DNA of 64,000 bases, taken from a virus (Duplodnaviria; Caudoviricetes). Each line of letters starts with the position of its first letter. Positions within the stretch are counted from its first letter, which is position 1. The position numbers and the translations under genes were made by a program. The stretch is taken from positions 945 through 64,944 of IMG/VR virus record IMGVR_UViG_3300035704_000008; one strand, written 5' to 3'. The notes under the pieces are model-generated. The model had not been told where the DNA came from. It worked only from the letters and a program-made list of their open reading frames with translations, and did no database searches. Positions 35,780 through 45,823 of the stretch are shown piece by piece.

Positions 35780-36019
35780 TTACGTGCGGTCGTGTTGCTG
35801 CGTGGTGAGCCATGGTGCGAGGGCAGCGTGCAGGCGCTGCAGCTGGCCTATTTCGTACAGGGACTGGCCGCGTCCGCCTTTGCGGCCTGATGTCGTCTCG
35901 CCTACGGGCTTGAGTTTCACGGCGCGGATGGCCATGCGGAACCGGGCCGGGTCGACGGGCAGCCCGGCACGCTCGAACTCGGCGACGGCTTCGCTGATGG
36001 TCCAGCCATGGGCGGTCAT
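35780..36019 (-). CDS. Small DNA-binding (HTH-like) protein
   Basis: WTISEA...GGRGQSLYEI. Confidence 0.55.
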   Translation of the reverse strand: MTAHGWTISEAVAEFERAGLPVDPARFRMAIRAVKLKPVGETTSGRKGGRGQSLYEIGQLQRLHAALAPWLTTQQHDRT

Positions 36020-36088
36020 CTGGCGGCTCTCAGCGGGGGGTCGCCGCACGGGTCGCCGCGCATGCCGCGACGGCCGTAACCCCAGGTC

Positions 36089-36286
36089 TCAGTCCATGAT
36101 GCGGGGGACGACACGCCGCCCGCCGCGGGTGAGGCACTCGACGGGATGGCGGGAGACCTCCTCGCGGTTGTGGGGGCGGAGGATGACGAACCGGCGGTCG
36201 GCGTGGGCGGACTCGATGCCGGCGGCGCGGCCGGATATGGTGCGGCCGCAGTCGGGGCAGACGCCTTTCGCGTACTCCTGCGCCAT
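36089..36286 (-). CDS. Small Zn-binding protein
   Basis: GVCPDCGR...LRPHN...C. Confidence 0.55.
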   Translation of the reverse strand: MAQEYAKGVCPDCGRTISGRAAGIESAHADRRFVILRPHNREEVSRHPVECLTRGGRRVVPRIMD

Positions 36287-36296
36287 GGCACCGCCT

Positions 36297-36953
36297 TCAC
36301 CCGTCCAGGTCCACGTCAGCGTCGGGGACTAGTTCCCTCAGGCCGCCAGCCCATTCCAGGCAGGGCACCCCGCGCTCGTCAGTGCCCATGGTGGCGACCG
36401 GGCGGTAGCCGTTGTTGTCGGCGCAGTCCACCGCGTGGCACTTGGCCTGGCCGGACGGACGGGCCGCCGCGTCAAGCAGGACCTTGATGGCGTAGCAGCC
36501 GCAGTACGGGCACGCTCGGCCCCGCACGTACCGCCATTGCTCCGCCTCGTCGATCGCGCGGACCTGACGGGCCTCATTCAGGCGCTGTTCCAGCTCGGAT
36601 ATGACCAGCCGGTACAGGTCGTCGTCGGCTACGTCGATCAGGCCGCAGATGGCGTCTAGTGCCTCGAGGGTGTTGGCGGCCGAGCCGCCGCGGACTGCGA
36701 GCGGGCCGGGACGGCGCGCGCCGGCGGCGTACTTCAGGACGCCTTCGAGCTGGCGGGCGGTGGCGTCGATGCCGGTCCTGGCGTAGAACGCCGGGGCGTT
36801 TCCCGGCAGGGGCGCGGCGGCGGCCCGGGCGTGCATGCCGGGCGCAGGCCCTTCAGCGGACGGCTCGGCGGTCTCGCGGGCCAGGCGCGGCAGGAGGGCG
36901 GCGAGCAGGTCGCAGGCTTCTTGCACGAGGTCCGCCGGATTGGTCACCGTCAC
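36297..36953 (-). CDS. Zn-ribbon protein, possible late transcription regulator
   Basis: CPYCG...CHAVDC; lies upstream of the late region. Confidence 0.5.
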   Translation of the reverse strand: MTVTNPADLVQEACDLLAALLPRLARETAEPSAEGPAPGMHARAAAAPLPGNAPAFYARTGIDATARQLEGVLKYAAGARRPGPLAVRGGSAANTLEALDAICGLIDVADDDLYRLVISELEQRLNEARQVRAIDEAEQWRYVRGRACPYCGCYAIKVLLDAAARPSGQAKCHAVDCADNNGYRPVATMGTDERGVPCLEWAGGLRELVPDADVDLDG

Positions 36954-37609
36954 CTGCCCGTATCTGCCGGTATGAGGAGCTGTCCGGAGACCATGCTATT
37001 GGGGCTGGTGAGGTAGCGCGAGTTACGTGCGCGGAACGTCGGCCGTCGTCTCCCGGGGGGTACCTACGGCGACAAGCAAGAGTTTGCCGTCGGGGCCGTA
37101 GACGTGCTCGCCGGCCATAAGCAGGATCGGGATGCTATCTTCGCCCGCAGGCCCTGTGACCAGTCCCCCGGCGTGAATCTCCCGCTCGCCGTCGCTCTCG
37201 TCAGCCATCGTTTTCCTCCGTCGTCTCCCGGGCGGTGCAGAACGCGTCGATCATCAGCGCGCCGAGCCGCACCAGCCGCACCTCATTCGCCGCCGTGATC
37301 CTCGCCGGGTGGCCCCGCAGCGCCAGCGCCACCGCCACGTCGACCACCAGCGCGGCGGCGTCGGCCTCCAGGACCATGCGGCGCTCCTGCGGGGACGGGC
37401 CGGGGGCAGCGCGGAAGACGCGCGCCAGGGCGGGATGGTGACCGAACGGTCAGCGTTATCTTAGCGGGGCGGCTGGTCATCGGCGGCCTGGCCGTCGAGG
37501 CGGTCGGCCAGCTCCCTCAGCAGCGTCCCGGCGAGCCGGTCAAGGTCACCGGGACGGCGGCGCAGCTCGAGACCGACCTCACGGGCACGGGCGGCGAGTT
37601 CCTGGTCGT

Positions 37610-37960
37610 TCATAGCGTCAGGTCTCCGTATTGCGAGCCGTACTGGAGGATCTTGCCGTCGTCGTCAATCCAGATCTCTGTGATGCAGATCTTCGCTCCT
37701 GTGCTGCGGTGGGTGAACGTGGCGCCGAGCTGAAGGTTTTCCCACCATCCCTGCCAGCGACCGTGGTGGTCCTGATAGGTGGGCGTCTCGAAGCGCTCGA
37801 CGGTGAAGCGGTAGCGGTGCAGCGGCAGGCCCCACGGCTTGAGATCCTCGCGGAGCTGGGCCTCGATCCTGGCCCGCCTCGGCCCGCGCAAGAACTTGGC
37901 ACGGGCAGGGGGGCGCGACGTGCCCATGCCGATTGTCACCACGCCAGACGTCCCGCTCAT
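37610..37960 (-). CDS. Hypothetical protein
   Basis: ATGA-coupled ORF in promoter-driven operon. Confidence 0.5.
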   Translation of the reverse strand: MSGTSGVVTIGMGTSRPPARAKFLRGPRRARIEAQLREDLKPWGLPLHRYRFTVERFETPTYQDHHGRWQGWWENLQLGATFTHRSTGAKICITEIWIDDDGKILQYGSQYGDLTL

Positions 37961-38142
37961 GTCGTGCTCCCTGCGTCGTGCTCCTGGGTGGCCGAGCGCC
38001 GCGCCCGGTACTCGGCTAGGGCCTCGTCGAGCAGTTCCCGGACGGTGATCCCGCGCCGCTCGACCTCTGCCAGCACCCACGGCTTGAGCGAGGGGTCTAC
38101 CGAGTGCCAGCCGATGAGGGGCGTGGCGTTCTTGCCGGTCAT
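37957..38142 (-). CDS. Ribbon-helix-helix-like regulator
   Basis: LKPWVLAEVERRGITVRELLDEALAEYR. Confidence 0.55.
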   Translation of the reverse strand: MTGKNATPLIGWHSVDPSLKPWVLAEVERRGITVRELLDEALAEYRARRSATQEHDAGSTT

Positions 38143-38378
38143 CAGGGCTCAACAGTGCGGACATTAACTGCTGCGCGGTAGTTCTTGTCGGTCCCGTCCG
38201 ATGGGATCGTGCCGCTGACCTTGTAGTCGGGCACGATCTCAAGCTGGCGGCTGTCGCCGAAGAAGGCCCGCGCCTTGTCCAGTGCTGCCAGCTCGATCTC
38301 GTCGGCTGTATCGCCGAACACGACGACGTTGAGAATGCGGCCGGGCGACTGCTGTCGCTGGGTGATGTCCTCGTCCAT
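38142..38378 (-). CDS. Hypothetical protein
   Basis: GGGAG RBS; first gene after the promoter. Confidence 0.6.
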   Translation of the reverse strand: MDEDITQRQQSPGRILNVVVFGDTADEIELAALDKARAFFGDSRQLEIVPDYKVSGTIPSDGTDKNYRAAVNVRTVEP

Positions 38379-38397
38379 GCCTGCTCCCTTGCTAGGT

Positions 38398-38436
38398 GGT
38401 AGTTACTACTCTAGCCGGGGTAGTAACTACCGTCAA
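38398..38436 (-). promoter_or_regulatory. Sigma70/HrdB-type promoter overlapped by a 12-bp inverted-repeat operator
   Basis: TTGACG-N17-TAGAGT on minus strand; GGTAGTTACTAC-N10-GTAGTAACTACC perfect inverted repeat. Confidence 0.75.
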
Positions 38437-39326
38437 GGAGTCTTCGCCGCGCTCTTGCCCTGGCGTCCCCGGCGGCGGTAGACGGTCCGCTCCGACACGC
38501 CATCGCGTGCCGCCTCCGCCTCGACGGACAGCCTGGGCTTGACGGTGACAGCCGTGTCGCGGACTGGCGGCGGGGGTGACAGTGGCGTGTCACCCCCGCT
38601 GTCACCCCCTGTCACCAGGGCGGGCGGGTATACCAGGGCGATGGCCCTCGCCGGGTTAACCTCACCGGCCCACGTCGCCGCCCGCATGACCCGGGCCGAC
38701 CGGTACCCGTGCCACAGCCACCGCGTCGCCCCCAGCCGGACAGCATGCGGATCAATGTCACCAGCGGCCATCAGCGCATCCCGCGACACCCGCCTCGAGT
38801 GCACCGACCACAGCCACGGAGACGACACCGACATCAGCCCGAACGTCACTGCCGCGAACGTCGGCCGCCACCCCGCCGCCATGTAATGGGAGTAGTTCAT
38901 GACGCCGATGACCAGCGCGAACGAATAGGCGGCCAGCCGCAGCCGCAGCGCGCTGTCACCAGCCGTCAGCGCCAGGTGCGCCTGCCACGCCAGGTAGACA
39001 GCCACCGACTCCAGGGTGACAGCCACCAGCACCTGACCCTCCGCGGGCCACGGCAGGTGGACGCGGAGGAACGCCAGCTGGCCGGCGAACGCGACGGCGT
39101 TGACCAGGACGATGGGGACGGCGGCCAGCCAGCCGCGGTGCGAGGTGACAGCGTGGCGGGCGGACGCGACACGCTGCCAGCGTCCTGGGTCGTCCTGCTG
39201 CGGCCATGACGACACGGGGCCGCCCTGGCGGCCCTGCATGGCGGGCGCGATGGCGAGCGGGACCAGCTGGTGGCCGTTCGCGATGGCGCCGTCGATCGGG
39301 GGTGAATGGCGTCCCATGGTTGTCAT
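38433..39326 (-). CDS. DUF2637/Spd-like membrane protein with C-terminal HTH
   Basis: Four TM helices, VMNYSHY, C-terminal AARDGVSERTVYRR. Confidence 0.65.
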   Translation of the reverse strand: MTTMGRHSPPIDGAIANGHQLVPLAIAPAMQGRQGGPVSSWPQQDDPGRWQRVASARHAVTSHRGWLAAVPIVLVNAVAFAGQLAFLRVHLPWPAEGQVLVAVTLESVAVYLAWQAHLALTAGDSALRLRLAAYSFALVIGVMNYSHYMAAGWRPTFAAVTFGLMSVSSPWLWSVHSRRVSRDALMAAGDIDPHAVRLGATRWLWHGYRSARVMRAATWAGEVNPARAIALVYPPALVTGGDSGGDTPLSPPPPVRDTAVTVKPRLSVEAEAARDGVSERTVYRRRGRQGKSAAKTP

Positions 39327-39746
39327 GCTGGCTCCTGGTCGTGGCTGCCGCGGGGTAGTTGCGTGAACGTAACCGGCGAGGGCGGCCTAACTCGCCCGAG
39401 CGCAGGTAGATCATGATGATGACTATCGCGATGAGGCAGCAGGCAGCTCCTGCCAGCCTCTCAGCAGGAGGCATGCTGGCGAAGAAGTGGCAGGTAGCGC
39501 GCCCTGCTGCCGCGCCTGACCCTGAATATCGCGGGCACGCTCCCGTTTTCATCCGTTGCGGCGTGTCTTCTTGGCGCGGCGCCACGCGACCCGGCTGATG
39601 ATCTTGCCGGTGCCGATCTGGCGAGGCGGGCCGCCGTGGGTCTTGCGTTGCGTGCACTTGTCCCGCTTATTGCGGCCGGTGGACCGGTCAATGCGGCTGT
39701 ACTTGGCTTTCCTCATGATCATTTCCCTTTCGGTTGAGGGCGCGTG

Positions 39747-40103
39747 TCAGCGCCCGAAGTACCGGCCGATCAGCCGGACGATCAGGATGGCCGCAGCGAG
39801 AACGCCGAGGCCGAGGAGGGTCAGCTCGAGGCCGCTGACGGGCCAGTTATGCAGCGGTACGTACCTGGTTACCTGCTGGGTAACGACGGAGGGCCGGGGC
39901 GCTGGCGTGCTGGCCGTGTGCGGCGCGAGGTACTTGCGGGCGTAGATGAAGGCGCCGAGGCCCGCGAGCAGGATTCCCAGTCCGGCTACGGGTGACCTGC
40001 GCGTGACGTAGACGGGCCCGGCTTCGCGAGGTCGGCGGGAGACGAGCAGCAGCACGGCGGCGGCGGCCAGCGCCACGACCAGGGCAGCATGATTATGAAT
40101 CAT
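39747..40103 (-). CDS. Three-TM membrane protein (transfer module)
   Basis: Hydrophobic segments; downstream of the FtsK gene. Confidence 0.55.
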   Translation of the reverse strand: MIHNHAALVVALAAAAVLLLVSRRPREAGPVYVTRRSPVAGLGILLAGLGAFIYARKYLAPHTASTPAPRPSVVTQQVTRYVPLHNWPVSGLELTLLGLGVLAAAILIVRLIGRYFGR

Positions 40104-40286
40104 CAGCGGCCTCTATCGGAGGCGGTGAGGTTAGATCCCGCGTCTATACGGGGCAGCGCCCGGCAGGCGGACGGCCAGTGGAACTCACTGGTGCCGGCGA
40201 CCTCACTTACCTCATTTCCGCAGGCCAGCGGCCAGGTGATGCCGCCGTGGCGCCCGGTGGGAAAAGTCACTGACCGCATGGCGGCC

Positions 40287-42401
40287 TCACTCCTCGTCTA
40301 GATCCAGGGTCGACAGCCGCGCGATGGTGCCGCGCAGGTCTGCCGGGTCCAGGTACGGCGTGCCGCTGGAGTTCACCGTCCGCACGCCGCGATCGGCCAG
40401 TTGCTCGCCGAGCTGCTTCGCCGTCATCTGCCGGTAGGCCCCCCACCCGGGTGCGAGCGCCCGCAGCAAGCCGACAGCGTCGCGGAGCTTGACCCGCTCA
40501 TGGCCGAGAACCTCGTCGAGGTCGTCGAGCAGGTCCCTGGATTCGATCGCGCGGGGGCGGCTGCCGCTGCCGGGCACGCCGCGGCCCTGCCGGGCCATCT
40601 CGTCAAGGGACCGGCCGATCAGCGGCGTCACCTGGTCATTGCCGCGGGCCACCGGCAGGAAATGCACCTGCACGATCTCCGACCGCTGCCCGGAGAACCC
40701 CTTGACCAGCGCGGTCCCCCGGTCCGTGCCCGGGATGAGCTCCGTGGCCCGGTGGCCGCCCGCGTAGGCGCCCTGGCCGAGCAGGGCGTCATTAGCCACG
40801 TGGTCGCCGACCGCGAACGCGATGCCGTTGGAGCAGTTCCGGGTCACGTCCCGCGGCATGCTGTCCTTGGTGGGCGCCTGCGTCGAGACCATCAGGTGGA
40901 TGCCGCGCTTGCGGTCCAGCTTCACGATGTCGCAGAGCAGGGCGCTGATGTCCTTGCCGTGCTTCTTGTGCTGGATCGCGACGTGGGCCTCTTCCAGCAG
41001 GACGAGCATCGGGTGCAGGCCGACCCCGGCGCTGGCCAGCTGGCGCGTCACCTCCGGCGCCTCGTGGTCGACGAGCCGCTGCCCGCGGGCCTGCACCTCG
41101 TCTTTCAGCTCCTCCAGCTCGCCGAGGATCTGCTCGATGTACTCGTCTTCGGCGCCCATGACGTACCGGGAGCAGCGCCGTTCCATGACCTCGAAGTCGA
41201 AGTTCGTATCGGGGATGAGGATCCGCAGCTCGGTCGTGATGTCGAGGGCGTAGCCGCACGCTATGACGCGGGCCGCGCTGGACTTGCCCTGCTCGGGCAT
41301 CCCCCCGCAGATCGTGTTCCGGCCGGTCACCGGGACGCGGATCGGGTCGCCGCGCAGTACCTTCCCGAACGGCAGTCCCCTGAATACGTCGGTGAACCCG
41401 TCGCCGAGCAGCGGGTACGGCCCCGCGCCTTCCTCGAGCGCTCCCTTGTCAGCGATCCACAGGTCGAGGATCCCTGCCTCATCGCCGGTGACGGGCCATA
41501 CTTCCTTGGCTAGCCGGAACAGGCCGGTGGCCAGGTCGGCGCGGCGGCGGGCGATCCGCTCGGCGGGCACCCCGGCGGGGAGCCGGATGATGGCGTGGGT
41601 GCCGCGGCCGTCGCGGCGGCACGGGGTCAGGTACTGCATCGGCACCCCCTCTTTCAGGTAGCCGGTGATCTGCGGGATGCGGAGCGCGTCCAGCGCCCGG
41701 GTGATGGTGGTCTCGTCGATGGACACGTCAGTGTCCGGGCCGGCTGAGGTGGCCGCCCACTGCGGGGCCATCGCGGTGCCGGCTGCGGCGCGGCCCGCCC
41801 AGTACAGGGCGGCGGCCGCGACCCACGGCGCTGCGAGCAGGAACGGACCCCACGCGACGGACACCGCGATCACGACCAGTTCGGCGAACCGGGCGGCGAC
41901 CTCGACGGGGACGGCAGCCTTGGCCAGGTGCCCGGTCGCGATGGCCAGCAGCGTGCCGGTCCCGGCCAGGATCAGGAACACGCTGAACACCAGCTTCGGG
42001 AGCTGGAGCAGCAGCCGGGCCGGGACCTCGAACATGTCGACGCGGCGTTCGTGGCGGTCCTTGCGGAACGCGGCGAGACGGGATTCCCACTCGAGGGCGG
42101 CGTCGAGGTTCCCCGATGTCTCGGCGGCGCGGATCCACCGTTCGTACCGCCCGGCTGTGCGGGAATCCCATAGCCGTTTCGTGACGACGGCCGCGCCGAG
42201 CGGGATGTACATCAGGTTGCGCCCGGCGGCGCGAGTGCCCTCGTGGCGGGCGACGACGCTGATGACGCGCAGCGGCGCGGACCGGGGCGGCTCGCTGACG
42301 ACCTGCCCTTCCAGGACCGCCGGGTCACGCGGGGCGAGCTCAGCTTTCACTGCGGCGTACTGGCATCTTCGCGGGCTTCCATGCCCTCGCCGCTGGCTCA
42401 A
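40287..42401 (-). CDS. FtsK/SpoIIIE TraB-like conjugative DNA translocase
   Basis: N-terminal TM helices; GGMPEQGKSS Walker A; LVLLEEAH Walker B; RKRGIHLMVSTQAP; C-terminal wHTH-like domain. Start may be GTG 42350. Confidence 0.88.
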   Translation of the reverse strand: MSQRRGHGSPRRCQYAAVKAELAPRDPAVLEGQVVSEPPRSAPLRVISVVARHEGTRAAGRNLMYIPLGAAVVTKRLWDSRTAGRYERWIRAAETSGNLDAALEWESRLAAFRKDRHERRVDMFEVPARLLLQLPKLVFSVFLILAGTGTLLAIATGHLAKAAVPVEVAARFAELVVIAVSVAWGPFLLAAPWVAAAALYWAGRAAAGTAMAPQWAATSAGPDTDVSIDETTITRALDALRIPQITGYLKEGVPMQYLTPCRRDGRGTHAIIRLPAGVPAERIARRRADLATGLFRLAKEVWPVTGDEAGILDLWIADKGALEEGAGPYPLLGDGFTDVFRGLPFGKVLRGDPIRVPVTGRNTICGGMPEQGKSSAARVIACGYALDITTELRILIPDTNFDFEVMERRCSRYVMGAEDEYIEQILGELEELKDEVQARGQRLVDHEAPEVTRQLASAGVGLHPMLVLLEEAHVAIQHKKHGKDISALLCDIVKLDRKRGIHLMVSTQAPTKDSMPRDVTRNCSNGIAFAVGDHVANDALLGQGAYAGGHRATELIPGTDRGTALVKGFSGQRSEIVQVHFLPVARGNDQVTPLIGRSLDEMARQGRGVPGSGSRPRAIESRDLLDDLDEVLGHERVKLRDAVGLLRALAPGWGAYRQMTAKQLGEQLADRGVRTVNSSGTPYLDPADLRGTIARLSTLDLDEE

Positions 42402-42624
42402 CCTTGCGGCCGCCGGCCTTCCTGCGCCGCCTGGCCCTGACCACCAGGAGCACGAACACGATCATGATCAGCACGGGGAGCGCGTTGTGGCCGAAGTCGA
42501 AACCGGCCCGGGCCGCCGTGGCGTTCACCGGCTGGTGGTATCCGGCGTTCCACTTGCACTGCCACTGCTGCGCCCACGAGCCGGTGTTGCAGTGTGCCGC
42601 CATAGCGGCGAGATGGGTGATCAC
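42340..42624 (-). CDS. Small membrane protein (TraA/Spd-like position)
   Basis: AGGAGG RBS; TM helix then basic tail. Confidence 0.55.
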   Translation of the reverse strand: MITHLAAMAAHCNTGSWAQQWQCKWNAGYHQPVNATAARAGFDFGHNALPVLIMIVFVLLVVRARRRRKAGGRKVEPAARAWKPAKMPVRRSES

Positions 42625-42634
42625 TGGTTTCCTC

Positions 42635-42829
42635 CTAGTGGAGACGCCCGCCGCTGATCTGCGACAGGAGATGGCTGATGTCCGGGCCGATGATGGTGCC
42701 GGACAGGACGACGCCGAGGAGCACCGCCAGGAACAGCGCCCACGCGGGCGCCGCCCATTTGGCCAGCGCCCACAGCACGAGGGCGATCACGGCGAGCGGG
42801 AGAAAAGCCGTCAGCGTCTGGGTGTTCAT
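42635..42829 (-). CDS. Small two-TM membrane protein
   Basis: AAGGAAGG RBS; MNTQTLTAFLPLAVIALVLW... Confidence 0.6.
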   Translation of the reverse strand: MNTQTLTAFLPLAVIALVLWALAKWAAPAWALFLAVLLGVVLSGTIIGPDISHLLSQISGGRLH

Positions 42830-42848
42830 GGCAGGAAGTCCTTCCTTG

Positions 42849-43262
42849 TCAGCAGCGCCCGCGGTAGGCGCCGGTGTTGTAGGTGACCCACGGTGTCCAG
42901 TCGGAGCCGTCGCGGCTGATCCGGACGGCAGCGCGGGCGTTGGCGCGGGCGCCGAACGCGGACAGGGAGCCGTGGACGGAGTTGACCTGCCAGTAGCCGC
43001 GGTCCGTCGTCCCGTTGGTGTTGTGCAGGGACGCGTACTGCCTGCCGCCGGATTCGGCCATGGCCACCGAGGCGGCCGTGGCGGCGGCCGCGGGTGACCC
43101 GCCGGCCTGCTCCCAGAGCCGTTCGAGGCCGGCGCAGCCGAGCGTCCCGCCCCGGACATGCGCGGCTGTCGTGACCGCGGGCAGCCTGGGCAGATGATGG
43201 CCGTGGGTGACGTACAGGAACAGGCCGACGACCGCCACCGACGCGCCGAGCTTCGTGTTCAC
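42849..43262 (-). CDS. Secreted lysozyme-like transglycosylase
   Basis: VAMAESGG...TTDRGYWQVNSVH...WTPWVTY. Confidence 0.8.
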   Translation of the reverse strand: MNTKLGASVAVVGLFLYVTHGHHLPRLPAVTTAAHVRGGTLGCAGLERLWEQAGGSPAAAATAASVAMAESGGRQYASLHNTNGTTDRGYWQVNSVHGSLSAFGARANARAAVRISRDGSDWTPWVTYNTGAYRGRC

Positions 43263-43834
43263 CGGCGCCGCCTGTTCCTGGCGGCCAGCAGCAGCGCCGC
43301 CGCAATGGCAAGCACGAGCAGGACGATGACGATCCAGCCGTCACGGTTGGCGGACATAATTTCTTTCCCTTCAGCAGCCGGACGAACCAGCGCAGGATCC
43401 CCGCCACGGCGAGGATGACGATCACCCAGCCGGTCCAGGGAGCCGGATGGCGGCCCGCCGCGGTGGCGAGGACGGCCGCGGTGATCACGCCGGCCGCCTT
43501 TCCCCGGTGCCGCGCGGTGCCCCTGCGACCGCGCGGCCGTGCGCCGGGCGCGCGGGCGCCGGGGAAGGACCGCCCGCGCGCCCGGCCGGGCTCATGCGGC
43601 CAGCGGGTCCGGCGGCAGGCCGCGCAGGGCGGCCTCGAGCCTGACCGCCGCGTCGACCTCGGCGCAGCGGCGGAAGTACGGGATGGTGCCCGGCTCGGCC
43701 AGCGGGCCGGCGGGATTGTCGGGGGGCTGGTGTACGGTGTTCATGGCTGTGAGGCCTTCCAAGGGGATTGGAACGATCGCTGAGGGCGAGTCCGGTGCTA
43801 GCGGCACCGGGCTCGCTTTCATGTGCGGCGGGCA

Positions 43835-44029
43835 TCATGCCGCCGCCTCGGTGAGCGCGCGGATCTCGGATTCCGGGTAGCGGCGCTGGCCGCCCTTCGT
43901 GAGGTGGGCGGTGATCTTGCCCGCCCGGTGCCAGTGCGCCAGGGTGCAGACGGCGACCCCGATCCTGCTGGCGGCCACGCAGGGCCTCAGCAGCACGAGT
44001 TCAGCGTCTTTCACGGTTTCCGGTTCCAC
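43835..44029 (-). CDS. MerR/BldC-like HTH protein
   Basis: LLRP...IGVAVCTLAHWHRAGKI...TKGGQRRYPESEI. Confidence 0.75.
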   Translation of the reverse strand: MEPETVKDAELVLLRPCVAASRIGVAVCTLAHWHRAGKITAHLTKGGQRRYPESEIRALTEAAA

Positions 44030-44190
44030 GCTCCTGAGTTAACCAAGCGTTAAACCTAGCGTCAACCCTTCAAATGGTTTATTTTTGGATAGCAGGTAGA
44101 CACTCAGGTCAAGTGCATGGTGCGGTCCGCTCACGTCACGGGCGGCTTGACCCTCCGGGGTCAGCGGCCCGATGCTGGTGTGGATAATCC

Positions 44191-44949
44191 ATGGATAGGA
44201 AGGACCGCACCATGCACCCACGGATGCTCGCCAGGCAGGATTGCAGCGGCGGCACCTGCCCGGCCGTCTACGACGACGACCCCGACCTGCAGCCCGAAGA
44301 ACTCGCGATCGTCGGCAAGCAGGCGAGCGACGGACTACGCGCCCGACTCGCTGATCGCATCGCGCAGGACGAGGTAGTCGGGGTGATCCGCCGCGAGATC
44401 GTGGAAGCAGCCCTGATCGCGGATCTAGTCACCCGCCCGGCCTCAGAGCCCGTCACCCTCGCCGAACTGCAGGCACAGTTCGAGACGTTCTCCTACTCGG
44501 CGTTCCGGCTAGAGCATCTCCAGCACTACGCCGGCACCGCCAGAGACGACCAGTGGGTCGCCCTGCTCAAGGCAAACCGCCGCTGGGGAAAGACCCACCA
44601 GCGCGTCCATGTCATCGCCGAGCCGCTCACCATCGCCATGCAGGAAGAACTCACCGACGGGTACGCGCCGAACGTGACCGCCGGGGAAGACATCCGCATC
44701 ATCCCCACCGGACCGCGTGAGTGGCCGGGCGGCATCCCCCACGCCGACTTCTGGCTGTTCGACTCCAGCAAGCTCTACATGATGCGCTACGACGAAACGG
44801 ACGGTACGTGGATCGGCGCGAGCCGCGTCACGGACCCGGCCCTGATCGTGGAAGCCTGCCAGGCGCGCGACGCCGCCCTGCACCGCGCCACCCCGTGGGG
44901 TTCGTACATCACTTCCCGCCCCGACCTGCAGCGCCGACTGGCGCAGTGA
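44191..44949 (+). CDS. DUF6879-like protein with N-terminal CxxGxCP domain
   Basis: SAFRLEHLQHY, RVHVIAEPL, NVTAGEDIR, DFWLFD. Confidence 0.7.
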   Translation: MDRKDRTMHPRMLARQDCSGGTCPAVYDDDPDLQPEELAIVGKQASDGLRARLADRIAQDEVVGVIRREIVEAALIADLVTRPASEPVTLAELQAQFETFSYSAFRLEHLQHYAGTARDDQWVALLKANRRWGKTHQRVHVIAEPLTIAMQEELTDGYAPNVTAGEDIRIIPTGPREWPGGIPHADFWLFDSSKLYMMRYDETDGTWIGASRVTDPALIVEACQARDAALHRATPWGSYITSRPDLQRRLAQ

Positions 44950-44959
44950 GGAACCTGCC

Positions 44960-45823
44960 TTGACGATCCCGCCCTCCCAGCCCGGCCGCGCCGCTCGCGC
45001 AGCCCTCGCCACACGGCTGACCGGACTGCGGGCCGTGGCGGGGTTGTCAGGCAACGCACTAGCCAAGCGAATGGGTGTCGTCCAGTCCCGTGTCTGGAAG
45101 ATCGAGCACGGCGACCTCCTGCCGGCCGACGAGGACATCAAGGCGTGGGCCGAGGCGACCGGGGCCGGGGCGGCAGCCGGGGAGCTGCTGGAAATGCTCG
45201 CCGAGGCGAAGTCCGAGCAGGCGTTCAGCACCGCGTTCGGGCGCAAGGGCGGCGCCGCCGCGTACGAGGACCGGGTGCGGGCCATCGAGGAGCAGTCCGC
45301 GCGGATAGGCGAGTTCGAGGTCGCCGTCGTCCCCGGCATCCTGCAGACCGCGGACTACGCCCGCGAGGTTCTCAGCGTCTCGTCCGGACCCCGCGCATGG
45401 GGCTCCGATGATGCCGAGGTGGAAGACAAGATCGCCGGGCGGCTGCGACGGCAGGAGATCCTCTACGGCCGGGACAGGCGCGTGCAGGTGGTGCTGTCCG
45501 AGGCGGCACTGCGGGTCCTGGTGACCACGCCGGAGACCATGGCCGGGCAGCTTGACAAGCTCCTGGCCGTCTCCCGGCTGCCAGCCGTCGAGCTCGGCGT
45601 GATCGGGTTCGGCCAGCGGATACCCGCCTACTCGATCGGCGGCTTCCGCGTCTACGACGATGACCTGATCGTCGTGGAGTCGATCTCAGGGGAAGACGAG
45701 ATCACCGATCCCGCCAAGGTGGCGGTGTACCTCGGGGCGTTCGGCGCGCTGAGGAATGCCGCGGGCACCGGGGCCGACGCCGAGGCGCTCATCCAGCGGG
45801 CCCTGGAGGATGTCCGGCGGTGA
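44960..45823 (+). CDS. XRE HTH + DUF5753 regulator (WhiJ/Scr1-like)
   Basis: AGLSGNALA...VWKIEHG; VVPGILQTADYAR; RLRRQEIL; LSEAAL. Confidence 0.88.
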   Translation: MTIPPSQPGRAARAALATRLTGLRAVAGLSGNALAKRMGVVQSRVWKIEHGDLLPADEDIKAWAEATGAGAAAGELLEMLAEAKSEQAFSTAFGRKGGAAAYEDRVRAIEEQSARIGEFEVAVVPGILQTADYAREVLSVSSGPRAWGSDDAEVEDKIAGRLRRQEILYGRDRRVQVVLSEAALRVLVTTPETMAGQLDKLLAVSRLPAVELGVIGFGQRIPAYSIGGFRVYDDDLIVVESISGEDEITDPAKVAVYLGAFGALRNAAGTGADAEALIQRALEDVRR

